Part shown: piece by piece, positions 38,372-48,535 of the stretch | How the letters are laid out: each line of letters opens with the position of its first letter | Position numbering within the stretch: position 1 is the stretch's first letter | Assembly: GCA_039586365.1 (NCBI GenBank) | Contig: JBDHKN010000001.1 | Location: forward strand, 1-64,000 | Source of the DNA: Gemmatimonadota bacterium | GTDB taxonomy: Bacteria; Gemmatimonadota; Gemmatimonadetes; Gemmatimonadales; GWC2-71-9 | Length of the DNA stretch: 64,000 nt | Direction of reading: 5' to 3' | Program-made: the position numbers and the translations under genes | Notes under the pieces: model-generated | The model's database searches: none | What the model was told of the DNA's origin: nothing | Seen by the model: only the letters and a program-made list of their open reading frames with translations

Positions 38372-39097
38372 ATGAGAAGCTTATTGGCTGCAATCCTGAT
38401 CGTACTGGTGGGATCGTTGGCAGTCCATTTTGGGCGAGGCCTTGCTGGTGACAGGCGGGAGGATCTGCCCGGGCTGATTGAGGAGCCAGGGCACCGCACG
38501 GGCACCGACAGCGACAGTGTCAGAGAGGCCAGACGATCACTACGCAGCCGCATCGAAAGATCGGGTACGTATCTTGGCCACACTCTGGGTGAGACAGACT
38601 CGCTCCTAAGGCGCTGGCGGGTCCGCACCGGGAGTCCCCTGAGCGTCCATTTCGTACCCGCCACGGTGTCTGGCTACACCCAAGGACACGGACAGGCAGT
38701 GCGCCGCGCCTTCAGGCGTTGGGAGCGTGTCGGTGCCGTTCCTGTGCTGTTTGGCTTCGTGCGGGACTCGGCTAGCGCTGAGGTGATGGTGCGGTGGATC
38801 GAGTCGTTCCCGATTAGAAGATCCGGTCAGGCGGAGGTGATGTGGGACCAGGAAGGCTGGATTCGATCGGCGACCTTGACGCTCGCGACTCATTCGCACG
38901 AAGGCCGCTTGGTGTTGCCGGAGGTGGTGTATGCAGTCGCGCTGCACGAAATCGGCCACCTGCTGGGTTTGGGGCACTCAGATGACCCGGGCGACCTCAT
39001 GTACCCGACGACTTCCGTCAGGGACCTGACTGCGCGCGATAGGCAGACGGCTAAGCTGTTGTACGCGTTGCCGCCAGGCTCGGTAGGCAATCGCTAG
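38372..39097 (+). CDS. Matrixin-family (metzincin) metalloprotease
   Basis: HEIGHLLGLGHS plus Met-turn LMYP; N-terminal signal/TM. Confidence 0.9.
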   Translation: MRSLLAAILIVLVGSLAVHFGRGLAGDRREDLPGLIEEPGHRTGTDSDSVREARRSLRSRIERSGTYLGHTLGETDSLLRRWRVRTGSPLSVHFVPATVSGYTQGHGQAVRRAFRRWERVGAVPVLFGFVRDSASAEVMVRWIESFPIRRSGQAEVMWDQEGWIRSATLTLATHSHEGRLVLPEVVYAVALHEIGHLLGLGHSDDPGDLMYPTTSVRDLTARDRQTAKLLYALPPGSVGNR

Positions 39098-39121
39098 TAC
39101 CCTGAACCGAAGAGTTGGAGG

Positions 39122-40585
39122 CTAGGGCAGCGGGGCGCTGTCCACGGCTCGGGCGATCAGATAAGCATACTCACCATAGCGCGCGAGGCCGCTGAAGGGA
39201 AAATCCTCGGCCCACTCATCAGCTGGGTGGTGGTAGTATCCCCACCTCTTGCGTAGAGTCTCTGAACTGTCCGCGGTAAGACCCTCAAAGGGATCCGGAC
39301 CAGGCACAACTGAGACTCCCGGGACTCCTTCGCGAACGAAGGGGTAGTAGTCAGAATTGGCACGTGGCGGCGATATGGTCACACGCCAACCCCGCTCTCT
39401 CGCAACACTGATTGCGGCGGCACCCAAGCCAGTGGAGTCCACTCCCGCAAGACGCCAGCTGACTGGTGACCCTGGCGGAGCGCCAGCATCGATGTTGATC
39501 ACCGCCATCGTCCGTTCCAGGGGCCAAAGTGGGTGCGCCACGTAGAAATCGGAGCCCAGCAGTCCTCGCTCCTCTCCTACAAAGAAGAGGAAGAGAGCTG
39601 ACTCCCGCAGCGCGTGTGAGGAATCCCGGGCCATGGCCTGAGCCATCGCCAGCAAGACCGCGACGCCTGCAGCGTTGTCCGAATGCCCGTTGTAGATTGA
39701 GTCTCCCGATGAATCCGGAGGGCCGACACCCAGGTGGTCGTAATGAGCGCTGAATGCAACGACCGTATCTCGGGCTGCCTGGTCGAGCCCCGGTAGCAGG
39801 CAAGCCACGTTCTCGGCGGTCCGTGGCCGCCGGTTGACTGCGATCTCAAGCGACAAGTGCCAACCGAGTGGGCCAAGCGGTCGCTGGTCTTCGGGTGTGA
39901 GCGTTACGCTGGCCAGCAGCGGGTGAAGTGCAGGCGCTGCGATGATCAAGGGAATCAGCGGTCCGAATGAAGAATTGACGGCTGGGTCTGCGTTGTACAG
40001 TCCAATGTCATCAAGGCTCAGACGGTGCAGCCTGTACGTGCGCTCGTCGCCTACGAGCTGAACAATTCCCACGGCACCTCTTTCGTGGAGCAACTCGGCT
40101 GACTCAATGCTCGTTAGAACGCCAAGGGTAACCGCAACAGCGCCCGCGAGGGGAACATGAGCGAGTGTTGTGTCGGCAATCTCGTCCGTAGCCCCGACGA
40201 ACACGGCGGGTCCTGCGATTGGACCCGGCGAAACCCCACTGCCCAAGTAAGCGACAAAATCGGAGGGGTAGTCGAAGCTGATAGTGCGTCCTAACCGTGT
40301 CGCAGTGAGCCTAGCGCCGGCGCCGATAGTCACCTCTTCAAGCGGTATCGGTTGAGCATAGTCTGGGCTGATCGATGCGAGACCGAAGGCTCGGCACTGG
40401 CTGGCGATGTAAAGGGCCGCGACACTGGCACCCTCAGTCCCCGTACCTCTCCCGACCAGTCGGTCATGGGAGAGGAAGTAAGTGTGGGCTCGCAAGGCAA
40501 GTGTGTCGATCAGCACCTGTGCCTTCAATCCGGGGACCGGAACGAAAAGGCTAACTGCGAGTATCGAACAGCAGAGTCGTGACAT
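39122..40585 (-). CDS. M28 family peptidase, secreted
   Basis: GRGTG, SAHYDHLG, DNAAG, GEERGLLGS, NSDY, YHHPAD; start placed at ATG 40585. Confidence 0.9.
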   Translation of the reverse strand: MSRLCCSILAVSLFVPVPGLKAQVLIDTLALRAHTYFLSHDRLVGRGTGTEGASVAALYIASQCRAFGLASISPDYAQPIPLEEVTIGAGARLTATRLGRTISFDYPSDFVAYLGSGVSPGPIAGPAVFVGATDEIADTTLAHVPLAGAVAVTLGVLTSIESAELLHERGAVGIVQLVGDERTYRLHRLSLDDIGLYNADPAVNSSFGPLIPLIIAAPALHPLLASVTLTPEDQRPLGPLGWHLSLEIAVNRRPRTAENVACLLPGLDQAARDTVVAFSAHYDHLGVGPPDSSGDSIYNGHSDNAAGVAVLLAMAQAMARDSSHALRESALFLFFVGEERGLLGSDFYVAHPLWPLERTMAVINIDAGAPPGSPVSWRLAGVDSTGLGAAAISVARERGWRVTISPPRANSDYYPFVREGVPGVSVVPGPDPFEGLTADSSETLRKRWGYYHHPADEWAEDFPFSGLARYGEYAYLIARAVDSAPLP

Positions 40586-40639
40586 GTGGGACCTCACGCA
40601 TGAGACGCCTTTGGTGTTTACGTTGACAGCAGTAGAATA

Positions 40640-41797
40640 ATGGTTGCCAACATGGCCTTGATAGCCGCAGTTGTCGCATGCCTTCAGGTGGGTGCTGCCG
40701 CCCAGATCGGCCAGGCGGTCGCCGAAGGCATTCAGGCGGGCGCTTTTCCGGGAGCGGTAGTGGTCGTGGGTACCGGCGACAGCGTGCTGTTGGCGCAGGG
40801 CTATGGGCATTTCACTTGGTCTCCCGAGAGTCCTGTTCCAGACTCGGATAGCACCCTGTATGACCTAGCTTCCCTGACAAAAGTGGTCGCAACCACGCCG
40901 TCAGTCATGCGGCTCGTTGAGGAAGGACGGCTCGATCTCGCAAAGCCCGTCGTACAGTACCTCCCAGGATTCGTTGGGGCAGGCAAAGAAGCCGTGGCTG
41001 TGCGCAGGTTGCTTGAGCATCGTTCGGGCCTCCGGGCATTCCTGCCGCTCAATGAGTTGGCAGACCAGAGTGCCGAGGCGCGCAAGTTGGTCGAAACCGA
41101 GGCGCTGCGCTGGCAACCAGGGGCGCGGGTGGTCTACAGTGATCTCAACTCGATGCTACTCGGATGGATTGTCGAGGCCGTTTCGGGAAGTGTGCTCGAG
41201 GAGTTTGCGACCGCAGCGGTGTTCCAACCGCTCGGCATGACGCAGACTTTCTACCGACCTTCGCGCGCCGATCGACAGCGGATCGCTCCGGTAGGCCTTT
41301 GGCGGGGACACGTGATCGCCGGTGAGCTGCATGACCAGAACGCGGTCGTCTTGGGAGGAGTTTCTGGCCATGCAGGGCTGTACAGCACGGGGATGGATCT
41401 CGCTCGATACGCTCAGATGTACTTGAATGAAGGTCGCAATGCGCGTGGTGTTCAGCATTTCTTACCGCAGACTATCCGCTCTTTCACACAGCGGGGGCCG
41501 GGAAACCGAGGGCTGGGATGGGAGATGCGGGACACAACGGAGGAAGCGAATGCAGGCCGGCTGCTGAGCAACAGCGCTTTTGGCCACACCGGCTATACGG
41601 GAACCTCGATCTGGATCGATCCGGTTCGGGATTTGTTCGTTATTGTGCTGACGAATCGTGTATTCGCTCCGCGCACGGGGCGTTCAATTAGCATCTTAAA
41701 GCGTGTCAGGGGTCGCGTCGCGGATGCTGCAGTCGCCTTGCGGTCGGAACAGTGTTCCTCCGCTGTGCTGGCTGCAAAGACCCGGAGACGATGCTGA
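40640..41797 (+). CDS. Serine hydrolase, beta-lactamase (AmpC-like) family
   Basis: ASLTK (SxxK), YSD, GHAGLYS, FGHTGYTGT. Confidence 0.9.
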   Translation: MVANMALIAAVVACLQVGAAAQIGQAVAEGIQAGAFPGAVVVVGTGDSVLLAQGYGHFTWSPESPVPDSDSTLYDLASLTKVVATTPSVMRLVEEGRLDLAKPVVQYLPGFVGAGKEAVAVRRLLEHRSGLRAFLPLNELADQSAEARKLVETEALRWQPGARVVYSDLNSMLLGWIVEAVSGSVLEEFATAAVFQPLGMTQTFYRPSRADRQRIAPVGLWRGHVIAGELHDQNAVVLGGVSGHAGLYSTGMDLARYAQMYLNEGRNARGVQHFLPQTIRSFTQRGPGNRGLGWEMRDTTEEANAGRLLSNSAFGHTGYTGTSIWIDPVRDLFVIVLTNRVFAPRTGRSISILKRVRGRVADAAVALRSEQCSSAVLAAKTRRRC

Positions 41798-42171
41798 GCG
41801 AAGGGAGAGTCGGGCGAACCGAACGGCCCCCTACCAAGCCAACACTGATCTACGACGGCAACTGTGACTTCTGCGATCGATGGGTACGGCGAATGATGCG
41901 TTGGGACCGCCGGAACTCGGTTCGCTACATTCCGCTCCAAGATACCCGTGCCCAGGCAGTTTCCGGTCGAAGTCGCTGGGAGCTTGAGCAAGCCGCTCAC
42001 TTGGTTTGTCCTGATGCAACGGTACTCGCCGGTGCAGCGGCTGTCAGAGAGCTGTTAGCGTATTTGCCAGGCGGCTGGATTCCTCGAGCCATTCTGAGCA
42101 CTCCTGGAGCGATGCCGTTGGCTGCAAAGGCATATGCGTGGTTGGCGCGTGAGTACGGGCCAGTCTCCTGA
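41791..42171 (+). CDS. DCC1/DUF393 thiol-disulfide oxidoreductase-like protein
   Basis: LIYDGNCDFC (DxxCxxC). Confidence 0.85.
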   Translation: MLSEGRVGRTERPPTKPTLIYDGNCDFCDRWVRRMMRWDRRNSVRYIPLQDTRAQAVSGRSRWELEQAAHLVCPDATVLAGAAAVRELLAYLPGGWIPRAILSTPGAMPLAAKAYAWLAREYGPVS

Positions 42172-42229
42172 GCGGCCTGTCTGGTGGCTAATTTGTGGTC
42201 AGCTTGACGGGTAGAAATGGAGAATAGCC

Positions 42230-42529
42230 ATGTCGGCAACTGTGGATACGATCAAGGACGCACTGCGAAGTGTCAGGGATCCGGAGCTGGGATTCAACAT
42301 CGTCGATTTGGGTCTGGTCTATTCAATTGACATAGATGCTGGCAACGTCAGTATCCACATGACACTCACCTCACCGGGATGTCCCGCGGGAGGACAGATC
42401 ATGGGTGAAGTGGACGCGGTCGTGCGAGACGTGGAAGGCGTGAGGGACGTGGACGTTGAGCTCGTCTGGGAACCGTTTTGGAGCCCGGAGCGGATCGATC
42501 CGAAAGTGCGGGCGTACCTGGGATTCTAG
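42230..42529 (+). CDS. DUF59/SufT-like metal-sulfur cluster assembly factor
   Basis: V.DPELGFNIVDLGLVY, MTLTSPGCP, LVWEPFWSPE. Confidence 0.92.
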   Translation: MSATVDTIKDALRSVRDPELGFNIVDLGLVYSIDIDAGNVSIHMTLTSPGCPAGGQIMGEVDAVVRDVEGVRDVDVELVWEPFWSPERIDPKVRAYLGF

Positions 42530-43686
42530 CCACCGTCCTCCCCCCGCACGGTGGATAGAATCGTGGGTGGCTCCAACACGCTCATCTGCCACTCTTTGAG
42601 TTCTTTGATTCGGGCTAGCTGCTTCTCCGTTTTGGGCGCCGCACGAGCAATGGCCTGCAGAGTTCCGTTAGGGCATAACATCCCGGGGTCCATCTTGATG
42701 TCCTTGGCCCGGTTGTTACGCAGGTTCTTTAGCCGCTCCAGTCTCCTGTCGTAGTCCCGGTCATGCTCGAGCCGGGTGGGTCGCTCAATGGCCGGGAGCT
42801 CCTTGCGCGGAATACCTAGTCCCTTGATCACTGCAGCCACTATTGCAGTCCCGTACCGCTCAACGGCGGACACAGGCAGCCCGGCGATTCCCTTCAGACG
42901 GCTGACGTCCCGGGGAGCAATCCGGGCCACAGTGAGCAAAGCGGAGTTCGCCAGCACCCTGAAGGGAGCACGGTCGAGTGACTTGGCGGTGCTCTCTCGC
43001 CACAGATGAAGCTCGCGGAGGATCGCCAAGGAACGCGGTGGTAGACTCTTGGCGCCCTTGATTCGAGTGAAAGCCAATTCGTCGCTCACCGGCTGAGTCC
43101 AGCGAAGGTGCTCGAGCAGCTTGAATTCCTCCGTGGCCCAGTCCAGCCGACCGATCAACTCCAACCCAGCTTTCAATCTGTCTCGCAAAGCTGGTAGATA
43201 TCGGGTGTCGTCGGCCGCATACTCTATCATGTCTGAGGTTAGTGGCCGGCGAGACCAATCTGCCCGCTGCAGCTTCTTATTGATCGTGATGGAAAAGTAC
43301 CGCTCTAGAAGAGCCCCAAGCCCCACAGCAGGCTCGCCTACGAATTGAGCCGCAACGCGGGTGTCGAATAGGTTGCGGGCTGAAAACCCATAATCGCGGT
43401 TCAGGATCCGGAGATCGTAATCGGCGTCATGCAGGATGATTTCTATGCCCGGATCGGCGAGGATTCGCCCCAGCGGACTCAGATCTTCTATGGTTAGAGG
43501 GTCTACAAGTACTGTCCCCGCGTCATCAGTAACTTGTATCAGGTACACGCGGTCTACGTAGCGGTGAAACGATGCCGCTTCAGTGTCCAGAGCGAGTTGC
43601 TTCTGGCGGCCGAGTCGTTCGACGAGCCTCGCGAAGCCCACTGGGTGGGCAACAAACTGGGGTGGGTCTCTGATTGGTTCTCTCAC
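42526..43686 (-). CDS. rnd: Ribonuclease D (DEDDy exonuclease + HRDC)
   Basis: ALDTE, LHDADYD, LFDT, ADWSRRPL, YAADD; start placed at GTG 43686. Confidence 0.9.
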   Translation of the reverse strand: MREPIRDPPQFVAHPVGFARLVERLGRQKQLALDTEAASFHRYVDRVYLIQVTDDAGTVLVDPLTIEDLSPLGRILADPGIEIILHDADYDLRILNRDYGFSARNLFDTRVAAQFVGEPAVGLGALLERYFSITINKKLQRADWSRRPLTSDMIEYAADDTRYLPALRDRLKAGLELIGRLDWATEEFKLLEHLRWTQPVSDELAFTRIKGAKSLPPRSLAILRELHLWRESTAKSLDRAPFRVLANSALLTVARIAPRDVSRLKGIAGLPVSAVERYGTAIVAAVIKGLGIPRKELPAIERPTRLEHDRDYDRRLERLKNLRNNRAKDIKMDPGMLCPNGTLQAIARAAPKTEKQLARIKELKEWQMSVLEPPTILSTVRGEDGG

Positions 43687-43789
43687 CGATACCGCCGACT
43701 GTAACTTCGCACACAAGGCGGAGATCGCAAACCCAGAGAGCCGGATGGCAGGATCACATGGTGCGGGCCTTGTAACTTGGCGCCTCTTT

Positions 43790-44203
43790 GGTTCACTGTC
43801 GCGACACTGCGATGTGGTAGCGGAGATCCCAGCTGCGGGGGACCCGATCTTGTTCGTGCTCGGCTTGCCGCTGGAACGTACGGTGTGGGAACCGCTCTGC
43901 ACGTCACTGAGCTGCGTGCGCACGCGGCAGAGCATCGAGACGGATTGTCAGTGGGAGAATTCTCCTGGAGGGATAGCGGGGGTGTTACCGGCGGTGAAGG
44001 CGCGGCCAGGATCCACGCCAGGCCCTGGCGACATTGACGTTCCCAAGGCGGTGATTGCGGGTCGTGATGACCAACCGATACCACTGGAAAGCTCACGTCG
44101 CATAGCCGCTGCTATCAGCGGTGCGCAACTAGACGTGATCCCGCACGTCGTAGTCTGACTTAGAATCGAACAGCCGGTCGCTACCGCAATGGCGATCGAT
44201 TGA
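43790..44203 (+). pseudogene. Decayed alpha/beta hydrolase (catalytic core deleted, in-frame stop)
   Basis: GDPILFVLGLPLERTVW joined to RPGSTP..DIDVP..VIAGRDD.PIP...AAAISGAQLDVIP*LRIEQP; no GxSxG. Confidence 0.65.
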
Positions 44204-44241
44204 CTTCCAGCAGTCGGCCAGTGATAGTCTGTGGCGCGCTG

Positions 44242-44790
44242 CTAGTCATAACAGACGCGCAACGTTGGCTCACCGTGGCGGCCTTCGGCAGCATAGTGCT
44301 TGTTCCATTCCTCTCGCAGGCAAAACGGATCGAGCCCGAAGGGCCGATCGACCATTAGCACTCCGTCGAGGTGGTCGATCTCATGTTGTAGCAGCTCGGC
44401 CACGTCGCCGCTGGCATCGATCGTGTGAGATTTTCCCTCGATGTCCTGATAGCTGACTCTGATGTGGTAGGCTCTCTGAACTCGCACTAGCACGTTCGGG
44501 ATTGAGAAACAGTCATCCCAAACCCAGAAGTCTTCAGTGTCGATATCGATCACGGACGGGTTGATCAAGAACCACGGCTTGTCGATCTCGAGGTATATGA
44601 TTCTCAGTGGCGCTCCAATTTGGGGGGCCGAGAGGCCCCTACCCATGCCGAAGCGGGATTTCAGCTCACTCAGAGTTTCTTGGAGGTCGTCTGCCACCAT
44701 GCGAACTGCTGCCGATCTCGGCTTCGCGATGGGTTCGCACTCGGCCCGCAAGACAGGATCGCCTAGCAGGCGAATCGCACGTACCGCCAT
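44242..44790 (-). CDS. def: Peptide deformylase (variant motif 2)
   Basis: GDPVLR, GRGLSAPQIG, DDCFS in place of EGCLS, QHEIDHLDG. Confidence 0.88.
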   Translation of the reverse strand: MAVRAIRLLGDPVLRAECEPIAKPRSAAVRMVADDLQETLSELKSRFGMGRGLSAPQIGAPLRIIYLEIDKPWFLINPSVIDIDTEDFWVWDDCFSIPNVLVRVQRAYHIRVSYQDIEGKSHTIDASGDVAELLQHEIDHLDGVLMVDRPFGLDPFCLREEWNKHYAAEGRHGEPTLRVCYD

Positions 44791-44833
44791 GACCCACTCC
44801 CGTTTTGGGGGGCCACCAATCTAAGATTTTATT

Positions 44834-45430
44834 ATGATTGCAGCCACAGTCCTCGCAGCGGGCGAGTCGAGTCGCATGGGCTTCCCCAAGGCGCTCCTCA
44901 ACTACCGCGGTCGCACCTTTCTTCAGACGATCCTGGACAGCGCCGCCGCTCTCGGGCTCATGCCCCTCGTGGTCTTCGCGGCTGGCGCCGACAACATATT
45001 GCAACAACACGACTTACGTACTGTCACCGTGTTGACCAACCAGGAGCCTGAGGCAGGACCCATTGGCTCGATCCGGGAGTCGGTTCGGGCAGTCCTGAAT
45101 CACCCGGTTGATGCCCTACTTGTGTGGCCCGTGGATTTTCCGCACGTGGCCGTCGAGACGGTGCAAATGCTGATCGACGGGTTCCGGGAATCGGGCAAAC
45201 CCATTGTCGTCCCGACGTGCAACGCGCGCCGGGGCCATCCGGCGGTTTTCGGCCGAGCAGTGTTTGCTGACCTTTTGAACGCACCCGACTCAGAAGGTGC
45301 GCAGGCAGTCGTGAGGGCGGACGTGGGACGGGTGTTGCAGGTCCCTGTCGACGATCCGGCGGTTCTTGACAGCTTGAACACACCGGACGCCTATAGGGAC
45401 CTGCTGCGTCGCGGAGATGAGAACAGGTGA
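44834..45430 (+). CDS. MocA/MobA-like nucleotidyltransferase
   Basis: LAAGESSRMGFPKALL, PVDFP, GHP, LNTPDAY. Confidence 0.88.
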   Translation: MIAATVLAAGESSRMGFPKALLNYRGRTFLQTILDSAAALGLMPLVVFAAGADNILQQHDLRTVTVLTNQEPEAGPIGSIRESVRAVLNHPVDALLVWPVDFPHVAVETVQMLIDGFRESGKPIVVPTCNARRGHPAVFGRAVFADLLNAPDSEGAQAVVRADVGRVLQVPVDDPAVLDSLNTPDAYRDLLRRGDENR

Positions 45431-45475
45431 GTCGGGGTGGCAACCGGCTAAGCCGTCCAGTGACATTCGCTTGGT

Positions 45476-46711
45476 TCACATCCCGTTGATCCTCAGACGC
45501 ATTAGGTACTGAACACCCAGCTCGTCACGCCAGACTCCGTAGATCCGGTCACCGGAGAAGACGCGAGGGGCGAACCTGCCGGGCATTGTAACGATGCCCA
45601 ACAACCGACCCTGTGAGTCGAACACGTCCCAGTCGGGGGCACCTGACTCTTCGATGATGTTGTAGTTTTCGAGTTGCTCGTCGCTGAGGTCGGAAGCCCG
45701 CTGAACGTGCTGAATCCAAGTGGTCCCTTGGGGGCCCGCTTGGATGTTGGCGAACGCGGGGAGGAACTCCCCGAAGTTCACCAGCGCTCGCAGGCGTGGT
45801 ATCACCGCCGGTGGGACCCCGGCTTGGCTCCAGAGCTTCTCCAGAGATCCCATCACGGCTTGCTTGTCCCGATCGGTGACCGGCATGCGCTCGAACGGCT
45901 TCGTGACAATCCGCTCCAGCTGGCCGCCGGCTGAGTACAGGCCGATGCGGTATGCTTCGTTCCTCCCGTACAGCACCTTGAGGTCATCACTGATGTCCCA
46001 CGAAGGCTCCGGTGAGTACAAGTTGATCTCAGGAGAGCTACCACCAAGGCTGATGGTGCCTCCAGTGGGGAACTTGATCAGCGTATCAGTCACTGATCCG
46101 TCAGAGGCCAAGAGAACGATGGCGTCCATCGAATCCGTCGCCGGGAGGTCGGGCAGGGCGAGGGGACGTATCTGTTGGGCCACGGTGCCTGACGTGGTGC
46201 TCCTGTAGACCATCGGGAGCCCCTTCTCTAATTCTAGAGGGCTGCTCCCGATGCTTGAGCCGTTCGGGGCATACCGGTTGATGCGGCGGTTTGCCAGGTC
46301 AGGCACAAGAATCGTATCCCCTGCACTCCGTAGAACGAACAGCGCGCCGGGGCCTAATTCGCCGGGTCCGGCCCCGGGGCCGCCGAAACTCAGTTCGTAA
46401 TCTCCTTGGGCTGAGAAGACCCTGACCTGTTGTGCTTGCGCATCGAGCACGAACATCCTCCCGTCAGATCCGACTGCTATGAAGCCGATCTGGCCAAACT
46501 GATAGTTGGGGTCGCCCTCCAACGCCCCGACGCGCAGATCCTCCTCCACAGTCCACTGAGTGGCGGCTGTCCAGATCCCGCGATTGGTGTTGGATACGGT
46601 CGTGACACCCGAGCTATCCGTGACGGTTCCCGCCCACTCACCCCCACCTCCCGAGCAGGCTGCGATAAGTAGCGCTCCGAGAACATGAGCGCTCGTTGGT
46701 AGTAGTCTCAT
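45476..46711 (-). CDS. 6-bladed beta-propeller lipoprotein
   Basis: Lipobox IAAC; NHL-like FVLD..VRVFS..G...FGGPGAGPGE; WDVFDSQGRLLG. Confidence 0.8.
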   Translation of the reverse strand: MRLLPTSAHVLGALLIAACSGGGGEWAGTVTDSSGVTTVSNTNRGIWTAATQWTVEEDLRVGALEGDPNYQFGQIGFIAVGSDGRMFVLDAQAQQVRVFSAQGDYELSFGGPGAGPGELGPGALFVLRSAGDTILVPDLANRRINRYAPNGSSIGSSPLELEKGLPMVYRSTTSGTVAQQIRPLALPDLPATDSMDAIVLLASDGSVTDTLIKFPTGGTISLGGSSPEINLYSPEPSWDISDDLKVLYGRNEAYRIGLYSAGGQLERIVTKPFERMPVTDRDKQAVMGSLEKLWSQAGVPPAVIPRLRALVNFGEFLPAFANIQAGPQGTTWIQHVQRASDLSDEQLENYNIIEESGAPDWDVFDSQGRLLGIVTMPGRFAPRVFSGDRIYGVWRDELGVQYLMRLRINGM

Positions 46712-46748
46712 TCGTCGCGATCTCCTTTATAGCTAGCTTCTCAGGAAC

Positions 46749-46958
46749 CTAGCTTTCTTGGTGCCTTCTCTCGATTAGTCCGCCAACGGTGAGTGCGGCG
46801 CCCGCGCCGGCGCTCAGGCCGACCAGGAGCCCCGCAAGGAAGCTCCAGGGTATTGCTAGCTGTGTTGCCCCAGTTGATGGTGCTAGTGACATCCCGATTC
46901 CTCCCAGTACTGCGAGGCAGGCTCCGATTGACATCTTGCGGCTCGGGCTTTGCGCCAT
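46749..46958 (-). CDS. Small two-TM membrane protein
   Basis: Strong AAGGAGG RBS before ATG 46958; two Gly-rich hydrophobic helices. Confidence 0.6.
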   Translation of the reverse strand: MAQSPSRKMSIGACLAVLGGIGMSLAPSTGATQLAIPWSFLAGLLVGLSAGAGAALTVGGLIERRHQES

Positions 46959-47049
46959 GGGGCCTCCTTTCCACTCTATCGACGTGGCGTGTGCGATGTC
47001 GGTTTCGGCCCACGGATCGGCTGCACTGCCCCATGCCCCGGTGCGAGAG

Positions 47050-47322
47050 CTACGCTGCGGATCTACCGTTCTCAACGGGGGCTGTGGGCCGGCCTCCGAG
47101 CAGGAAAGTGGGGGCATGCCTCCCGATGACGGGTCTCAGGCTGGGTGCGTGGATGGCTCCGAGGTATTCACCGTCGATACCAAATAGGAACCAGTCGAAT
47201 CCTGCCAGAACAGAAAGGCCTACAACAGTCTCCTCAGACTCCGGACCGTCTTCCCCGACAGGCTCTCTTCCGCTACTTCCTGTGGCCACCCGCGCCTGCT
47301 TTGCACCGGTATTTTCAGTCAT
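47050..47322 (-). CDS. Hypothetical protein or gene remnant
   Basis: GGAG RBS before ATG 47322; WFLFGIDGEYLGAI resembles the last blade of the neighbouring propeller. Confidence 0.35.
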   Translation of the reverse strand: MTENTGAKQARVATGSSGREPVGEDGPESEETVVGLSVLAGFDWFLFGIDGEYLGAIHAPSLRPVIGRHAPTFLLGGRPTAPVENGRSAA

Positions 47323-47362
47323 GTCTATCTCCCAGCATCCACCTCGAAGATCTGGCGCCACT

Positions 47363-47719
47363 CTAGGTGCCGTTTGTTGCGTCACGCGTGCCGCTACCCA
47401 CATCACCAAACACCTGTTCCATGCTCTGCCGGTATTGTAGGAAAGCTGCCCGGCCGTCCTCGGTAAGGCGAAGCATCGTGTGGGGTTTTTTCCCCACGAA
47501 TTTCTTCTCAACATCGACGTAGCCAGCTGCTTCGAGCTTGCTCATATGGGACGAGAGATTACCCAAAGTCAGCCCGGTTTGGCGTACGAGAAACAGGAAG
47601 TCAGCACTCTCTACCACGTACAGAGTTGCCACGATCATCAGTCGCGCAGGCTCGTGAACCAGTCGATCAATGTTGGCCAACGGGTTGAGGCCCAAGCTGC
47701 TACCGCTATCCGAGTCCAT
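47363..47719 (-). CDS. Winged-helix transcriptional regulator (HTH_34/ArsR-like)
   Basis: IDRLVHEPARLMI...ADFLFL...LTLGNLSSHMSKLEAAGYV...LTEDGRAAF. Confidence 0.9.
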   Translation of the reverse strand: MDSDSGSSLGLNPLANIDRLVHEPARLMIVATLYVVESADFLFLVRQTGLTLGNLSSHMSKLEAAGYVDVEKKFVGKKPHTMLRLTEDGRAAFLQYRQSMEQVFGDVGSGTRDATNGT

Positions 47720-47785
47720 GGATCTCTGGCCCGATGGGGAGTGCATGGTTGCGGCGACAGTCCGAGAGCAGGCGTATGCCGACGG

Positions 47786-48406
47786 TCACGGCGAGCTTCC
47801 GGTCCGGCTCCGCTCGACTCCAGCGTCACGCAGCCGTGGGTAGTAGTGCAGGAACCTTGTGAGCAGGACCACCCCCGGGATCAACACGGTGGCGCCGGCA
47901 ACCACGAACACCATCGGTGATCGGAGCGCTAGCGCCAGGCCAAACGCCGTTCCGGTCACGAAGCCGACCCAGTACAAGCGGGCGAAATCCATGTAGTAGG
48001 CTCCCAGCGCAAAGACGGAGAAGACCCACACGCCAAGCAAGGACGGCATTATCCAGGGTCTGCCGCTAGTCAAAGTCGCCAGCGCTCCCGTTCCTATAAA
48101 CACTGAGTAGAGTGCCAGCCCAAGCGCAGCCGACAGTGCCAGAAGCCCCAACGCCCTTCGCTTCTTCGATTTTCGTTCCGGGCTGAATTCCACGCGACCT
48201 AGTCTCGGAGCCGTAATGAGCCTCTTGGCCAAAACAAGTCCGGCCACCAGCGAGAACTGCAGGGCCAGGAGGAGAAAGTCGTTGCCCAAGAGGTCTGTGA
48301 TGCCAATCGACATCATCAACAGGCCGATAAACAAGTCCTTCAACCCGTCCTGGTGAAAGGACCGCCAGGCTCTGCGTTCCAGCGTTCTCAGATCCAAGTT
48401 CTGCAT
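47786..48406 (-). CDS. Multi-pass membrane protein, paralog of 48536-49141
   Basis: DLRTLERRAWRSFHQDGL...PRLGRVEFSPERK...DFARLY...RFLHYYP; GGAGG RBS. Confidence 0.8.
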   Translation of the reverse strand: MQNLDLRTLERRAWRSFHQDGLKDLFIGLLMMSIGITDLLGNDFLLLALQFSLVAGLVLAKRLITAPRLGRVEFSPERKSKKRRALGLLALSAALGLALYSVFIGTGALATLTSGRPWIMPSLLGVWVFSVFALGAYYMDFARLYWVGFVTGTAFGLALALRSPMVFVVAGATVLIPGVVLLTRFLHYYPRLRDAGVERSRTGSSP

Positions 48407-48535
48407 CCGACCTCCGGTTTTCTGTGCACAGGCGCGTTGTTGCGGACGAAAAGCGGCTCCAATTGGGACATTTCTCAAAGTACTGGTCAGCGAACGGCTC
48501 CGTCAGGCATGCCAACCTCGGCTTGCCGTCCATTC

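Noticed and set aside
42230..42529. SufT-like gene separated from the suf operon as a novelty
   Set aside because: Stand-alone DUF59 genes are common.
42526..42529. Convergent genes sharing a CTAG stop overlap (also 55642-55645)
   Set aside because: An ordinary feature of compact genomes.
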